This document shows, one piece after another, positions 1-10,126 of a stretch of DNA of 64,000 bases. Each line of letters begins with the position of its first letter. Positions within the stretch are counted from its first letter, which is position 1. The stretch lies in NCBI GenBank assembly GCA_963845065.1, contig CAWJQQ010000003.1, positions 128,001 to 192,000 on the forward strand. Reading direction: 5' to 3'. The position numbers were made by a program, and so were the translations under genes. Under the pieces are notes generated by a model. It saw only the letters and a list, made by a program, of their open reading frames with translations. It was not told the DNA's origin and searched no databases. Source of the stretch: Nitrospirota bacterium (GTDB taxonomy: Bacteria; Nitrospirota; UBA9217).

Positions 1-2
1 TC

Positions 3-554
3 GACGTACAAATTGTTGCTGCCAGCAATAAGGATCTACTTACTGAGGTTGCGAAAGGATCGTTCCGGGAGGATCTCTATTATCGACTCAACGTGATTCC
101 TATTCACCTTCCTCCTCTCCGTGAGAGAAAGGAAGATATACCGCAGCTCATCGATTTCTTTCTTGGTAAATATGCCAAACGGAACGGAGCATCATTAGGT
201 CCCAAAAAAATCGATTCAAGCGCATTAAAAATATTGATGCACTATCAATGGCCGGGAAACGTGCGGGAGTTAGAAAATATGATCGAGCGTCTTATGATTA
301 TAACCCCGGGGGAAACGATTGGCTATGAGCACATACCCGATGAAATGAACACTACGCCTCACAATTCCGAACTTGTTACGCTAGGTATTCCTGAAGGAGG
401 CCTGAATCTGGAGTCCTTGCTGGAGGGGGCAGAAAAAACGCTCTTATATAAAGCTCTTGAAAAAGCTGGAGGCGTGAAGACTGAGGCAGCGAAGCTGCTG
501 GGTCTTTCCTTCAGGTCATTTAGGCACCGGCTTCAAAAATACGATGCATCATGA
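3..554 (+). CDS. Sigma-54-dependent transcriptional regulator (NtrC/PilR-like), 5' truncated by window edge
   Basis: Frame open from nt 3. It reads DVQIVAASNKDL...FREDLYYRLNV, then PPLRERKEDI and WPGNVRELEN (AAA+ motifs) and a Fis-type HTH (KTEAAKLLGLSFRSFRHRL). Confidence 0.93.
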   Translation, partial: DVQIVAASNKDLLTEVAKGSFREDLYYRLNVIPIHLPPLRERKEDIPQLIDFFLGKYAKRNGASLGPKKIDSSALKILMHYQWPGNVRELENMIERLMIITPGETIGYEHIPDEMNTTPHNSELVTLGIPEGGLNLESLLEGAEKTLLYKALEKAGGVKTEAAKLLGLSFRSFRHRLQKYDAS

Positions 555-576
555 AGATATTTCCCAGAATTATTGA

Positions 577-605
577 TTGCAAATCCTCCATATTTTAGCT
601 ACAAT
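577..605 (+). promoter_or_regulatory. Candidate sigma-70 promoter for the UbiD-family gene
   Basis: TTGCAA(577-582)-17 bp-TACAAT(600-605). Confidence 0.5.
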
Positions 606-614
606 TCAACCCTT

Positions 615-2084
615 ATGACATTCGACAATATCAGAGAGTTTATATCGCTTCTTGAGCAAGAGGGCGAACTGGCCAGGATCAAAACAGAGGTTGAGGCAGA
701 GCTCGAAATCGCGGAGATTACCGACCGTGTCTCGAAAGAAAAAGGAACTTCGAACAAAGCTCTTCTGTTCGAACGGGTAAAAGACTGTTCTTTTCCAGTT
801 TTGACCAATGCCTTTGGCTCGATGAAACGCATGTGTCTTGCTTTGGACGTTGAAGACCTTGATGAAATCGGCGAGCGGATTAAGGAGATTGTTGATCCTA
901 CAAACCTGTTCCCTAGGCCGGGCGCTGGGATTATGGACAAGATACAGATGCTTCCGAAGCTGGCAGAGCTCTCTTCGTTTTTCCCGAAGACCGTGAAGAA
1001 GGCACCTTGCCAAGAGGTCGTGCTGAGTGGTGATCAAGTAGATCTTTCCAAAATCCCCGTCCTGAAGTGTTGGCCTGCAGACGGTGGAAAATTTATCACC
1101 CTTCCTATGGTTTGTACAGTAGACCCGGTTACGAGCATAACTAACGTTGGCATGTACCGCATGCAGGTCTATGATCACCAGACAACCGGAATGCACTGGC
1201 ACAAACACAAGGATGGTGCACGCCATTACCAGCACTACGAAATGGCAGGAAAACGCATGGAAGTTGCCGTCGCCATAGGAGGCGACCCATCGATAATTTA
1301 TGCTTCAACTGCACCTTTGCCGCCGGTGATCGGTGAGTACCTTTTTGCAGGGTTCCTCAGGAAGAAGCAACTTGAGGTTGTTCAGTGCAAGACCGTTAAT
1401 GTTCGAGTACCTGCTGAAGCTGAATTTATACTGGAAGGATTCGTCGATCCCCTCGAACGAAGAGTGGAGGGTCCTTTTGGAGACCACACTGGTTACTATT
1501 CCGAGGCGGCCGAATACCCCGTATTCCATATTACGGCAATCACACATCGAAAAGATGCCATCTACCCGGCAACACTGGTTGGACGGCCGCCACAGGAAGA
1601 CGCCTATCTCGGCAAAGCTACGGAACGTATTTTTCTACCGCTCCTACAGATGGTAGCACCCGATATCCTCGACATGGACATGCCCATCGAGGGCGTTTTC
1701 CATAATAATGTCATTGTAAAGATTAAAAAACGCTATCCCGGCCACGGGAAAAAAATTCTCCACACGATCTGGGGAACCGGGATGCTGATGCTCTCCAAGT
1801 TTGTGATCGTCTGCGATGAGGACGTCAATATTCACGACTATTCCGAGGTAACATGGAAAGTCATGAATCATGTGGACCCACAACGCGATGTCGTTATAAT
1901 TGACGGTCCGCTCGACATTCTCGACCACTCCTGTCCGCAGATAGGATTCGGCGGGAAAATGGGCATTGATGCGACTCGCAAAGGACAGGGTGAAGGGTTT
2001 CTGAGGCCTTGGCCTGATGAAATTAAAATGAACTGGCAGGTTCAAAAGAAAGTCGAAGATCGGTGGAAGGATTACGGTTTTTAA
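615..2084 (+). CDS. UbiD-family decarboxylase, probably the futalosine-pathway menaquinone biosynthesis decarboxylase
   Basis: UbiD motifs ELEIAEITDRV, NVGMYRMQ, EGPFGDHTGYY, GRPPQED, GGKMGIDAT. ATG 615 preferred over TTG 573. Confidence 0.9.
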   Translation: MTFDNIREFISLLEQEGELARIKTEVEAELEIAEITDRVSKEKGTSNKALLFERVKDCSFPVLTNAFGSMKRMCLALDVEDLDEIGERIKEIVDPTNLFPRPGAGIMDKIQMLPKLAELSSFFPKTVKKAPCQEVVLSGDQVDLSKIPVLKCWPADGGKFITLPMVCTVDPVTSITNVGMYRMQVYDHQTTGMHWHKHKDGARHYQHYEMAGKRMEVAVAIGGDPSIIYASTAPLPPVIGEYLFAGFLRKKQLEVVQCKTVNVRVPAEAEFILEGFVDPLERRVEGPFGDHTGYYSEAAEYPVFHITAITHRKDAIYPATLVGRPPQEDAYLGKATERIFLPLLQMVAPDILDMDMPIEGVFHNNVIVKIKKRYPGHGKKILHTIWGTGMLMLSKFVIVCDEDVNIHDYSEVTWKVMNHVDPQRDVVIIDGPLDILDHSCPQIGFGGKMGIDATRKGQGEGFLRPWPDEIKMNWQVQKKVEDRWKDYGF

Positions 2085-2213
2085 CGGCTATAAAATAGTC
2101 GGCTGGAAATAATAAATCATGCATTGTACATGCCAGATTCAAACAAATAAAAGCGGAAATAAAGCGACGGCGTTTTAGTTTTATTGTCACCGATTTCCAT
2201 TACTCTCTCATCT

Positions 2214-3554
2214 ATGTGGCTATTTGACATACTGTTGATTTCATCACTTATCATCGTGAATGGCTTTTTTGCGGCTTCTGAAATTTCTCTGATCTCGCTC
2301 AGGAAAAGTCGCGTCCGGCACCTGGTTAAGAGCGGGAATCCGACTGCGCTAAAAGTCCAGAAGCTCCTGGAAGAGCCGGAGCGATTTCTCGGGACAGTAC
2401 AGATCGGTGTGACCCTTGTAGGAACGCTTGCCGCTGCGATTGGCGGCGTGATCGCCGTCGTACACGTTAAACCCGTCTTACTCTCACTGCCAGTAGCTTT
2501 TATCCAGAAAGCGGCTGAGCCGCTTGCGTTGGCCTTCATGGTGGGCCTGATTACATTCGTTACAATCGTGATCGGAGAACTCGTCCCCAAATCACTTGCC
2601 ATACGTCATTCCGAACGGATTGCTTTTTTCACGTCAGCGCCCATTGATTTTCTTTCGCGAGTCCTTTCCTTCGTTCTTAGGGTCTTGTCAATTTCGAGCA
2701 ATATGGTCTTACGCGTTTTCGGGCTCGAACAGTGGCAGGAGCCCAATCTAATTTCTGAAGATGAGGTGAAGTATCTAATCCGTGAAGGACGCAAGAGCGG
2801 CGTCTTCGAATCATCAGAGGAGGATTTGATCCATAGCGTTTTCAGGTTTACAGATACTGTTGTAAAGGAGGTAATGGTTCCGCGGACCGAGATCGTTGCA
2901 GTAGAGACAGGAAGCTCTCTCGATCTCATTTTACGTACTATGAATGAAAAAGGGTTTTCCCGGTTGCCGGTATATAGCGAGACCATCGATAATATTATCG
3001 GCGTTGTATACCTCAAAGATATCCTTGCACTCCACATGGGCAACAGACGATTTCTGCTTAAAGATGTACTGAGGAAGCCTTACTTCGTACCGCCGAACAA
3101 AAATGTGAGTGTTCTGCTTAAGGAAATGCGGGAAAAGCGTATTCATTTGGCTCTTGTTGGAGATGAGTATGGTGGAACCGACGGTCTCGTTGCCATGGAA
3201 GATCTCATTGAAGAAATCGTCGGAGACATACAGGACGAACAGGAAAAAGAACTACGTGAAATCCACGAGGTTGCGGCCAACCGCTACGTCGTTGACGGAA
3301 GAACGGACATCGGGCAGGTAAATAAATGGCTGAGTGTCAAGATACCTGAGGATGAGTTTGAAACGATTGGCGGATTTGTGCTGGGTTTATTCGGAAGATT
3401 ACCTGCAGAAGGGGATCAGGTGAAATATCAAGATTTACTGTTTACCGTTCTCCGGCTGCACAAGAACCGGATTTCCCGTGTCCGCGTCCTGAAGTTCGCC
3501 CCGGAAAATCATGAAAGAGGTGAAAATAATGACTCAACTGGTATTCAAGACTGA
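2214..3554 (+). CDS. HlyC/CorC-family (CNNM + 2xCBS + CorC) membrane protein
   Basis: [69 protein letters not shown]. Start uncertain (2184 TTG or 2214 ATG). Confidence 0.92.
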   Translation: MWLFDILLISSLIIVNGFFAASEISLISLRKSRVRHLVKSGNPTALKVQKLLEEPERFLGTVQIGVTLVGTLAAAIGGVIAVVHVKPVLLSLPVAFIQKAAEPLALAFMVGLITFVTIVIGELVPKSLAIRHSERIAFFTSAPIDFLSRVLSFVLRVLSISSNMVLRVFGLEQWQEPNLISEDEVKYLIREGRKSGVFESSEEDLIHSVFRFTDTVVKEVMVPRTEIVAVETGSSLDLILRTMNEKGFSRLPVYSETIDNIIGVVYLKDILALHMGNRRFLLKDVLRKPYFVPPNKNVSVLLKEMREKRIHLALVGDEYGGTDGLVAMEDLIEEIVGDIQDEQEKELREIHEVAANRYVVDGRTDIGQVNKWLSVKIPEDEFETIGGFVLGLFGRLPAEGDQVKYQDLLFTVLRLHKNRISRVRVLKFAPENHERGENNDSTGIQD

Positions 3555-4413
3555 TCTCGCAGGATTGCGACCGCCTAAGCGGGGTAAAGTCAGGGACATA
3601 TATGATTTAGGTGATCAACTCATGATTGTTGCAACCGACAGGATTTCAGCTTTCGACGTGGTGCTTCCGAATGCCGTTCCGGAAAAAGGGAGGGTTCTGA
3701 CCCAGATATCAAAATATTGGTTTTCTAAGACCGAAGCGATTGTCAAAAATCACATGATTTCCACAGAGGTCAAGGACTTTCCGTCAGAGTGCAGAGTTCA
3801 TGATGTGATCCTTGAGGGCAGAAGTATGCTCGTTAAGAAGTCGAAGCCTTTGCCTGTGGAGTGTATCGTTCGCGGCTACCTCACCGGGTCGGGGCTTAAG
3901 GAATACACGACAACGGGAGCTGTGAGTGGTATCAAGCTACCGCCGGGATTGACCGAAGCTTCACGCCTCCCGGAACCTCTCTTTACACCATCAACCAAAG
4001 CCGAACACGGCGAGCATGACGAAAATATCGATTTCAACACGGTCAAAAAACTTGTCGGAAACGAGATTGCCGGTAAAATCAAGTCCTACGCTCTTGCGGT
4101 GTATAACAAGGCATGCACTATTGCAGAAGCCAAAGGTATCATCATTGCCGATACCAAGCTTGAATTCGGAATTTATAACAATGAAGTCATCCTGATCGAT
4201 GAAGTGCTTACACCTGATTCGTCTCGCTTTTGGCCGAAAAGTGACTACAAGGAAGGAGTCGTGCAAAAAAGTTATGATAAGCAATTCGTCAGAGACTACC
4301 TTCTCTCGCTTGCCTGGAACCAGAAACCGCCAGCCCCAACTCTTCCTGATGATGTCGTCCGGAAAACAAGTGAAAAATACCAAGAAGTTCTTACTATGCT
4401 TACTAGGGTATGA
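3529..4413 (+). CDS. purC: SAICAR synthetase
   Basis: [69 protein letters not shown] before ATG 3529. Confidence 0.97.
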   Translation: MTQLVFKTDLAGLRPPKRGKVRDIYDLGDQLMIVATDRISAFDVVLPNAVPEKGRVLTQISKYWFSKTEAIVKNHMISTEVKDFPSECRVHDVILEGRSMLVKKSKPLPVECIVRGYLTGSGLKEYTTTGAVSGIKLPPGLTEASRLPEPLFTPSTKAEHGEHDENIDFNTVKKLVGNEIAGKIKSYALAVYNKACTIAEAKGIIIADTKLEFGIYNNEVILIDEVLTPDSSRFWPKSDYKEGVVQKSYDKQFVRDYLLSLAWNQKPPAPTLPDDVVRKTSEKYQEVLTMLTRV

Positions 4414-5229
4414 CGGCAAAGTTTTTGTTAAGTACCAAGGAGGCATCTCGTTTTTTTTCATAAATTCGAGGTGGCCGACCGATCTGCCTGGCTGTAAAGC
4501 TTACAGTAACAGATGAGTCAACCTGTAAGTATCAACTTTTCCCATTAAAGCATTTACCTTTCTGACGGGAATAAGAACTGGGATATCGGTATGGTTCTAT
4601 AAACCGTTCTGCTGGAAATTTAATTTAAGTATGTGGTTAGAAGCGAGATGGAGTTCGGTTTTGATCCTCCTGCCTTCCTCAGAGAAGTTGCTTCCATGAT
4701 AATTAATAGATGCAAACTGCTGCTAGGAATGCTCTATGCTTCAATAAAAAAGGTCGACCCAAAATGACTTTTTCATGGACGTAACTCCTTAAAGGCATTA
4801 TGATAACGGAAAAACAAATGGTAGAATTGCATCTCTTGTGAATCAACGGATACGGCACGACATTATGCTATAAATGAAGATATGTATTGCCTTATTAATG
4901 CATTCACGGCTATTGAGTATGTTTAATTTCAATACTATTATTAAACATATCGGCTTTAAATGGCTATGCACGGCAAAGCGCTTCACATTGTATAAACGAG
5001 CATCCGTAGTTCTCCTTTCTCAAAAGACAGGACTATGGAAATGAGTATAGACAACCTCTCATTCACGAGAAGTTTTGTAGTAGACATGATCTTGATTCTT
5101 ACTTTTTGAGTGGGACTATCCGTGACTTGAGACTTGAAGGTAGGATGCACACCCCGCAAAATGAGGTGTATCGAAATTGTCACCTATACTGCTGAAACAC
5201 TATAATGATAATGCGATTCTGGTTTATCC

Positions 5230-5259
5230 TTGACAGCATCAGTCCATAATCAGTATAAT
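5230..5259 (+). promoter_or_regulatory. Consensus sigma-70 promoter upstream of lysS
   Basis: TTGACA(5230-5235)-18 bp-TATAAT(5254-5259). Confidence 0.75.
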
Positions 5260-5304
5260 TCGCATCGTACAGCAGAAAAGTATTATCAATCAAGGATTCT
5301 GTAA

Positions 5305-5358
5305 CCGCAAATGATTTGCAAAAGTATGAACGTTAGGCATGTTCAGCGTCATTTGCGG
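5305..5358. repeat. Inverted repeat / hairpin in lysS 5' leader
   Basis: CCGCAAATGA(5305-5314)/TCATTTGCGG(5349-5358), with inner TGAAC(5327-5331)/GTTCA(5341-5345). Confidence 0.7.
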
Positions 5359-5384
5359 AAGTTCGATAAAACTAGGGGATTCGC

Positions 5385-6863
5385 ATGGAAGATTACAACG
5401 AACTGATCCAGCAGCGGTTTAAAAAGCTCGATGAGATCAGTGCGATGGGGAAGAAGCCCTATGCAGGAAGATTTGATGTTTCGATGACGGCTCAGGCACT
5501 TCTCAGCACGTATGGCGACTTAACAAAAGAGGCACTTGATTCAAAACGGATTGAAGTCACATTGGCAGGTAGAATCGTCGCTATGCGGAGCTTCGGTAAG
5601 GCTTGCTTCAGCCACATTCAGGATGGATCGGGACGGGTCCAGGTCTATTTTCAGAAGAACACACTTGGTGAAGACCGGTATGCTCTTTTTAAAAAAATAG
5701 ATATCGGTGATTTTATAGGCGTAAAAGGCTTACTCTTTCGAACGAAGACGAACGAGCTAACCGTGGAGGTCGAAGACTTTACACTTCTCTCAAAATCACT
5801 CAGGCCACTGCCTGAGAAGTGGCACGGCCTCACTGATGTGGAACTGAGGTACCGACAGCGGTATTTAGACCTCATCGTCAATCCTGAAGTGAAAAATGTT
5901 TTTATCCTTCGTACGAAGATCATTCAAGCGATCAAAAATTTCCTGAACACGCGGGGCTATCTCGAAGTGGAAACGCCTATGATGCAGTCCATCCCGGGCG
6001 GGGCTACGGCCAAACCGTTCAAGACGCATCATAACGCACTGGACATGGATCTTTATCTCCGCATCGCGCCGGAACTGTACCTTAAGAGGCTTCTCATTGG
6101 TGGGTTCGAACGCGTATATGAGGTCAATCGGAATTTCCGGAACGAAGGCATTTCTACGCGTCATAACCCTGAATTTACAATGCTTGAATTTTACACAGCC
6201 TACGCCGACTACAAATTCCTCATGGATATGACTGAGATCATGATCAGCAAAATAGCGTCAGAAGTGCTCGGAACGACGGAAGTTGCATATGAAAGCCACA
6301 AGATCAACCTTTCACCACCGTGGAAGCGAGTTACCTATATCGATTCTTTGCGTCAGGCAGGTGTGCCGGACGACGTACTTGCTGATGCCGTGAAAGCGAA
6401 GGAATATGCAAAGAAGCTTGGTGCAAACTTCAAAGGCGGCGAACCTCTCGGCAAGATTTTGAACGAGATATTCGAAAACTTGGTTGAGCCTAAACTCGTC
6501 CAGCCCACCTTTATCACGGACTATCCTACAGATATTTCACCGCTCTCGAAAAAGTGCGAAGACAATCCAGATTTTGTAGAACGGTTTGAATTGTTCATCG
6601 TAGGCAGGGAACTCGCGAATGCCTTCTCAGAGTTGAACGACCCCATTGACCAGAAGTTGAGGTTTCAAAAGCAGGAATCAGAGCGCGAGGCGGGTGATGA
6701 AGAGGCTCATCAGATGGACGATGACTTCATCCGCGCGCTCGAATACGGTATGCCACCTGCAGCCGGTGAAGGAATAGGCATCGACCGTCTGGTGATGCTG
6801 CTTACGGGCTCAAGTTCTATACGTGACGTGATACTTTTCCCGCAGATGAAGAAAGAAAAATAA
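5385..6863 (+). CDS. lysS: Lysine--tRNA ligase, class II
   Basis: PLPEKWHGL, YRQRYLDL, GGATAKPF, LRIAPELYLKRL, FRNEGIS, EYGMPPAAGEGIGIDRL. Confidence 0.99.
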   Translation: MEDYNELIQQRFKKLDEISAMGKKPYAGRFDVSMTAQALLSTYGDLTKEALDSKRIEVTLAGRIVAMRSFGKACFSHIQDGSGRVQVYFQKNTLGEDRYALFKKIDIGDFIGVKGLLFRTKTNELTVEVEDFTLLSKSLRPLPEKWHGLTDVELRYRQRYLDLIVNPEVKNVFILRTKIIQAIKNFLNTRGYLEVETPMMQSIPGGATAKPFKTHHNALDMDLYLRIAPELYLKRLLIGGFERVYEVNRNFRNEGISTRHNPEFTMLEFYTAYADYKFLMDMTEIMISKIASEVLGTTEVAYESHKINLSPPWKRVTYIDSLRQAGVPDDVLADAVKAKEYAKKLGANFKGGEPLGKILNEIFENLVEPKLVQPTFITDYPTDISPLSKKCEDNPDFVERFELFIVGRELANAFSELNDPIDQKLRFQKQESEREAGDEEAHQMDDDFIRALEYGMPPAAGEGIGIDRLVMLLTGSSSIRDVILFPQMKKEK

Positions 6864-6938
6864 TAATGCGGAATGAGATATAAAACGGATAATAAATGTT
6901 CTTGATCCCTGTTCATCAGACGTTACTAGTCCATTAGC

Positions 6939-8174
6939 ATGAAACTCCCCTACGAAATATTTATCAGTTTGCGTTATCTGAAAACGAAAAAGCGATACGG
7001 TACGGTATCGCTCAATACGTTCATTTCGATAGCTGGCGTCGTCATCGGCGTTGCTACGTCCATTATCACACTTGCAGTAATGACGGGTTTCCAGGGCTAT
7101 TTCCGAGAAAAGATACTCTCCGCCATGCCGCACATCGTGGTTATGGAATTTACTGGTACTGGTGTTAAGGATCAGCAGGCGCTTCAGAACAAAGTCGAGA
7201 AAGTGCCGCATGTTGTAGCAACAACACCGTTTATTTACGGTCAATCCATGCTTACGGCCCAGGACCGGATGCAGGGTGTAGTTGTACGCGGGATCGATCC
7301 GAGTACCGAGCCCAAGGTCACCGATCTGGCCAGAAACATGACTGCCGGAACGCTGAAAGACCTGGAAAACAGCCCAAGCAGACTCCCTGGCATTATAATT
7401 GGAGAAGACTTAGCACGTAAACTTGGAGTTTCGGTTGGGGAAAGCGTTACCATGGTCAATCCCCTAGGAGAGGAAACGCCTATGGGACTCATTCCGAAAA
7501 TGAAGAAGTTCATAGTTGTCGGTCTTTTTGACGCCGGGATGTACGACTATAATATGACCTTCGTATATATAGCGATCCCCGATGCACAAAAATTTTTCGA
7601 TATGCAAGGACGCATCAGTGGCATCCAGGTCCGCATTGACGATGTTTATCTTGCAAATATGGTTTCTTCGATTATTCAAAAAGTGGTTGGTTATCCATAT
7701 ATAACCCGTAACTGGATGGAGCAGAACAAAAACTTTTTTTCTGCCTTGCTGCTCGAGAAAATCGGAATGTCTCTCATTCTTTTTGTTATTATTATCGTTG
7801 CATCATTCAATATCATCGGCACTCTTACCATGATCGTAATGGAAAAGAACCGGGAAATAGCGATTCTGAAGTCCATGGGTTCCTCATCTCAGAGCATCGT
7901 GAAAATATTTATGTTCGCTGGGTTTGCCATAGGTACCGTCGGAACAGCGATTGGTGTTATTATTGGTTATGGTGTGGTAACATTGATAACAAAAACAGAT
8001 GTCATAATGTTACCGAAGGATGTTTACCAAGTTAGCCATCTGCCACTTACTATTTCAGGGTACGATATTTTATTTATATCGCTGACAGCGCTCGGGATCA
8101 GTTTTCTAGCGACCCTATACCCAGCGTGGCAGGCGGCAAAGCAGGATCCGGTGGAAGTGCTCAGATACGAATAA
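6939..8174 (+). CDS. lolE: Lipoprotein-releasing ABC transporter permease, LolC/E family
   Basis: ISLRYL, AVMTGF, EKNREIAILKSMG, ATLYPAWQAAKQDPVEVLRYE. Confidence 0.93.
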   Translation: MKLPYEIFISLRYLKTKKRYGTVSLNTFISIAGVVIGVATSIITLAVMTGFQGYFREKILSAMPHIVVMEFTGTGVKDQQALQNKVEKVPHVVATTPFIYGQSMLTAQDRMQGVVVRGIDPSTEPKVTDLARNMTAGTLKDLENSPSRLPGIIIGEDLARKLGVSVGESVTMVNPLGEETPMGLIPKMKKFIVVGLFDAGMYDYNMTFVYIAIPDAQKFFDMQGRISGIQVRIDDVYLANMVSSIIQKVVGYPYITRNWMEQNKNFFSALLLEKIGMSLILFVIIIVASFNIIGTLTMIVMEKNREIAILKSMGSSSQSIVKIFMFAGFAIGTVGTAIGVIIGYGVVTLITKTDVIMLPKDVYQVSHLPLTISGYDILFISLTALGISFLATLYPAWQAAKQDPVEVLRYE

Positions 8175-8219
8175 TTCAAAGATTTTTGCTTGTAAATTTC
8201 AGTAACTGAGGAGGTAGGT

Positions 8220-8459
8220 ATGGCTCAAAAAGGCGGAAAGCTGAAAAGGTTATTTTTTTCGTTAATCTTGATTGCACTTTTAGTTGTTGCTTTTGTCCTC
8301 CTGGGTGGAGGTAACCTTTTGAGATCTACAGGGACATGGATCGGCGGCATTGGGAAAAAAGCTGATAATGTAAAGCAAACGATCCAACAGAAAGCTACGA
8401 CGATAGAGAAAACCGTAGAGAATCTGAAGGAAGGCGAAAAGCCGGGAGAAAAGAAATAA
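8220..8459 (+). CDS. Small membrane-anchored hypothetical protein (79 aa)
   Basis: Strong GAGGAGG RBS. Basic N-terminus, one hydrophobic segment (LFFSLILIALLVVAFVLL), Lys/Glu-rich tail. Confidence 0.75.
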   Translation: MAQKGGKLKRLFFSLILIALLVVAFVLLGGGNLLRSTGTWIGGIGKKADNVKQTIQQKATTIEKTVENLKEGEKPGEKK

Positions 8460-9145
8460 CACAGAACATTATATATATTCAAGACCTTAGAAAAACGTTC
8501 ATGAGCGGCCCTCAAGAACTCCATGTCCTCGATGGGATCGATTTCGAAATAAGCAAAGGGGAAATGCTCGCAATTGTGGGTGCATCGGGAGTTGGAAAGA
8601 GTACCTTTCTTCACATTCTGGGGGGACTCGACCGACCGACGTCGGGCAAGGTTTTATACGGTGATGTGGACATATTTTCTCTTGCATCTGGGGAACTCGC
8701 CCAGTTTAGAAACGAGCGGGTAGGCTTTATTTTCCAGTTCCATCACCTCCTACCCGAGTTCTCAGCTATAGAGAATGTCATGATACCCGCACTCATCAGA
8801 AGGGCCGACCCAAAGGCTGCAGCCGAAATGGCAACAAAGGTCCTGACTGATGTTGGGCTCGGGAGCAGGCTGTATCACCGTCCTGGCGAGTTGTCAGGCG
8901 GAGAACAGCAGCGCGTGGCAGTTGCAAGGGCGCTCATGCTTAAACCGGATGTGGTTCTGGCAGATGAACCCACGGGAAACCTGGATGCTCATACAGGTGA
9001 GTCGATACACGACCTTCTGCTTTCCATTAACAAACAGATGGGAATCACCTTCGTTATCGTAACGCACAATGATAAGCTTGCTATCCGCGCTGATCGAGTG
9101 CTCCGGATGGGAGATGGTAAACTTGCACAGGCGCATAATTTTTAA
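8456..9145 (+). CDS. lolD: Lipoprotein-releasing ABC transporter ATPase; start probably ATA 8456 rather than ATG 8501
   Basis: GASGVGKST, VGFIFQFHHLLPEF, LSGGEQQRVA, LADEPTGNLD, VTHN. In-frame upstream codons read TQNIIYIQDLRKTF, a typical ABC first strand. Confidence 0.93.
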   Translation: MTQNIIYIQDLRKTFMSGPQELHVLDGIDFEISKGEMLAIVGASGVGKSTFLHILGGLDRPTSGKVLYGDVDIFSLASGELAQFRNERVGFIFQFHHLLPEFSAIENVMIPALIRRADPKAAAEMATKVLTDVGLGSRLYHRPGELSGGEQQRVAVARALMLKPDVVLADEPTGNLDAHTGESIHDLLLSINKQMGITFVIVTHNDKLAIRADRVLRMGDGKLAQAHNF

Positions 9146-9227
9146 TGCGGGTTACGCTCATCCTAACGATTCTCCGTCCTGAATGTTCCTACCAGCTAAG
9201 CAGACGAAGCTGTAATCATGTTTTCCC

Positions 9228-9257
9228 TTGACTTTCAGAGGCTGTAAAAAGTAAAAT
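9228..9257 (+). promoter_or_regulatory. Candidate sigma-70 promoter of heme cluster
   Basis: TTGACT(9228-9233)-18 bp-TAAAAT(9252-9257). Confidence 0.55.
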
Positions 9258-9302
9258 AAAAAAATTCAGTGAAATCATATCTCTACCCGGGGAAACGACC
9301 GC

Positions 9303-10115
9303 ATGAACCTTCTCTTTTTCCAAGCAGCAACGGGCGCCTATGTGCTGGCTGCTGGCGGATACATATCTTACATCTTCAAACCTGATCAGAAATGGGTTGG
9401 AAAGGCATCGCTGTGGGCAACATTTGCAGGTTTCCTCTTTCATATTGTCTATTTTTCACTGCGCTGGTCAGAAGCCGGGCGTATCCCGATCACGAATTTT
9501 TTTGAAGCCGCCAATTTCCTCGGCATGGGCATAATCCTCGTTTTTTTAATCATGGAGTTCCGTTTTAAGATTGCCGCGCTCGGCTCGTTTATGTTGCCCC
9601 TCGTCGTCATTCTCATGATACCCGTATTCCTTTTATCCGGTGAAATTAAAGAACTTAATCCCGTCTTAAAGAGTGGATGGCTAGGAGTACATACGACATT
9701 GGCCGTGCTCGGAGATGCCGCATTTGCGTTTGCCAGCATTGTTTCGATCATGTATCTTGTCCAGGAACGGCAATTGAAGGCAAAACAGCTAGGCGCAATA
9801 TTCCACCGCTTGCCATCGCTTGACATCATGGACACGCTCGCCTATAAGGCGCTGACGCTTGGCTGGCCTCTCTTCACTCTTGGCATGATTTCTGGTTCTA
9901 TCTGGGCGAATAGTGCATGGGGGTCCTATTGGAGCTGGGACCCTAAGGAGACTTGGTCACTTATCATCTGGGTCATTTACCTTGTGCTCCTTCACCTTCG
10001 TACAATCGGCTGGCGGGGCAGAAAAATGGCTGTCCTATCGATTGTCGGTTTTGTGTTCGTTCTGGTAAGTTTTTATGTCGTAAGTCGCGTAAATATTGGA
10101 AAACATTTGTTCTAA
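9303..10115 (+). CDS. ccsA: Cytochrome c biogenesis CcsA/ResC-family heme-handling membrane protein
   Basis: WWD-domain motif GSIWANSAWGSYWSWDPKETW, conserved His residues (WLGVH, GKH), multiple TM segments. Confidence 0.88.
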   Translation: MNLLFFQAATGAYVLAAGGYISYIFKPDQKWVGKASLWATFAGFLFHIVYFSLRWSEAGRIPITNFFEAANFLGMGIILVFLIMEFRFKIAALGSFMLPLVVILMIPVFLLSGEIKELNPVLKSGWLGVHTTLAVLGDAAFAFASIVSIMYLVQERQLKAKQLGAIFHRLPSLDIMDTLAYKALTLGWPLFTLGMISGSIWANSAWGSYWSWDPKETWSLIIWVIYLVLLHLRTIGWRGRKMAVLSIVGFVFVLVSFYVVSRVNIGKHLF

Positions 10116-10126
10116 GGTGAATAAGA

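Noticed and set aside
4853..4869. Sigma-54 promoter-like CGGCACGACATTATGCT
   Set aside because: GG-to-GC spacing is 11 rather than the required 10 nt, and no gene follows directly.
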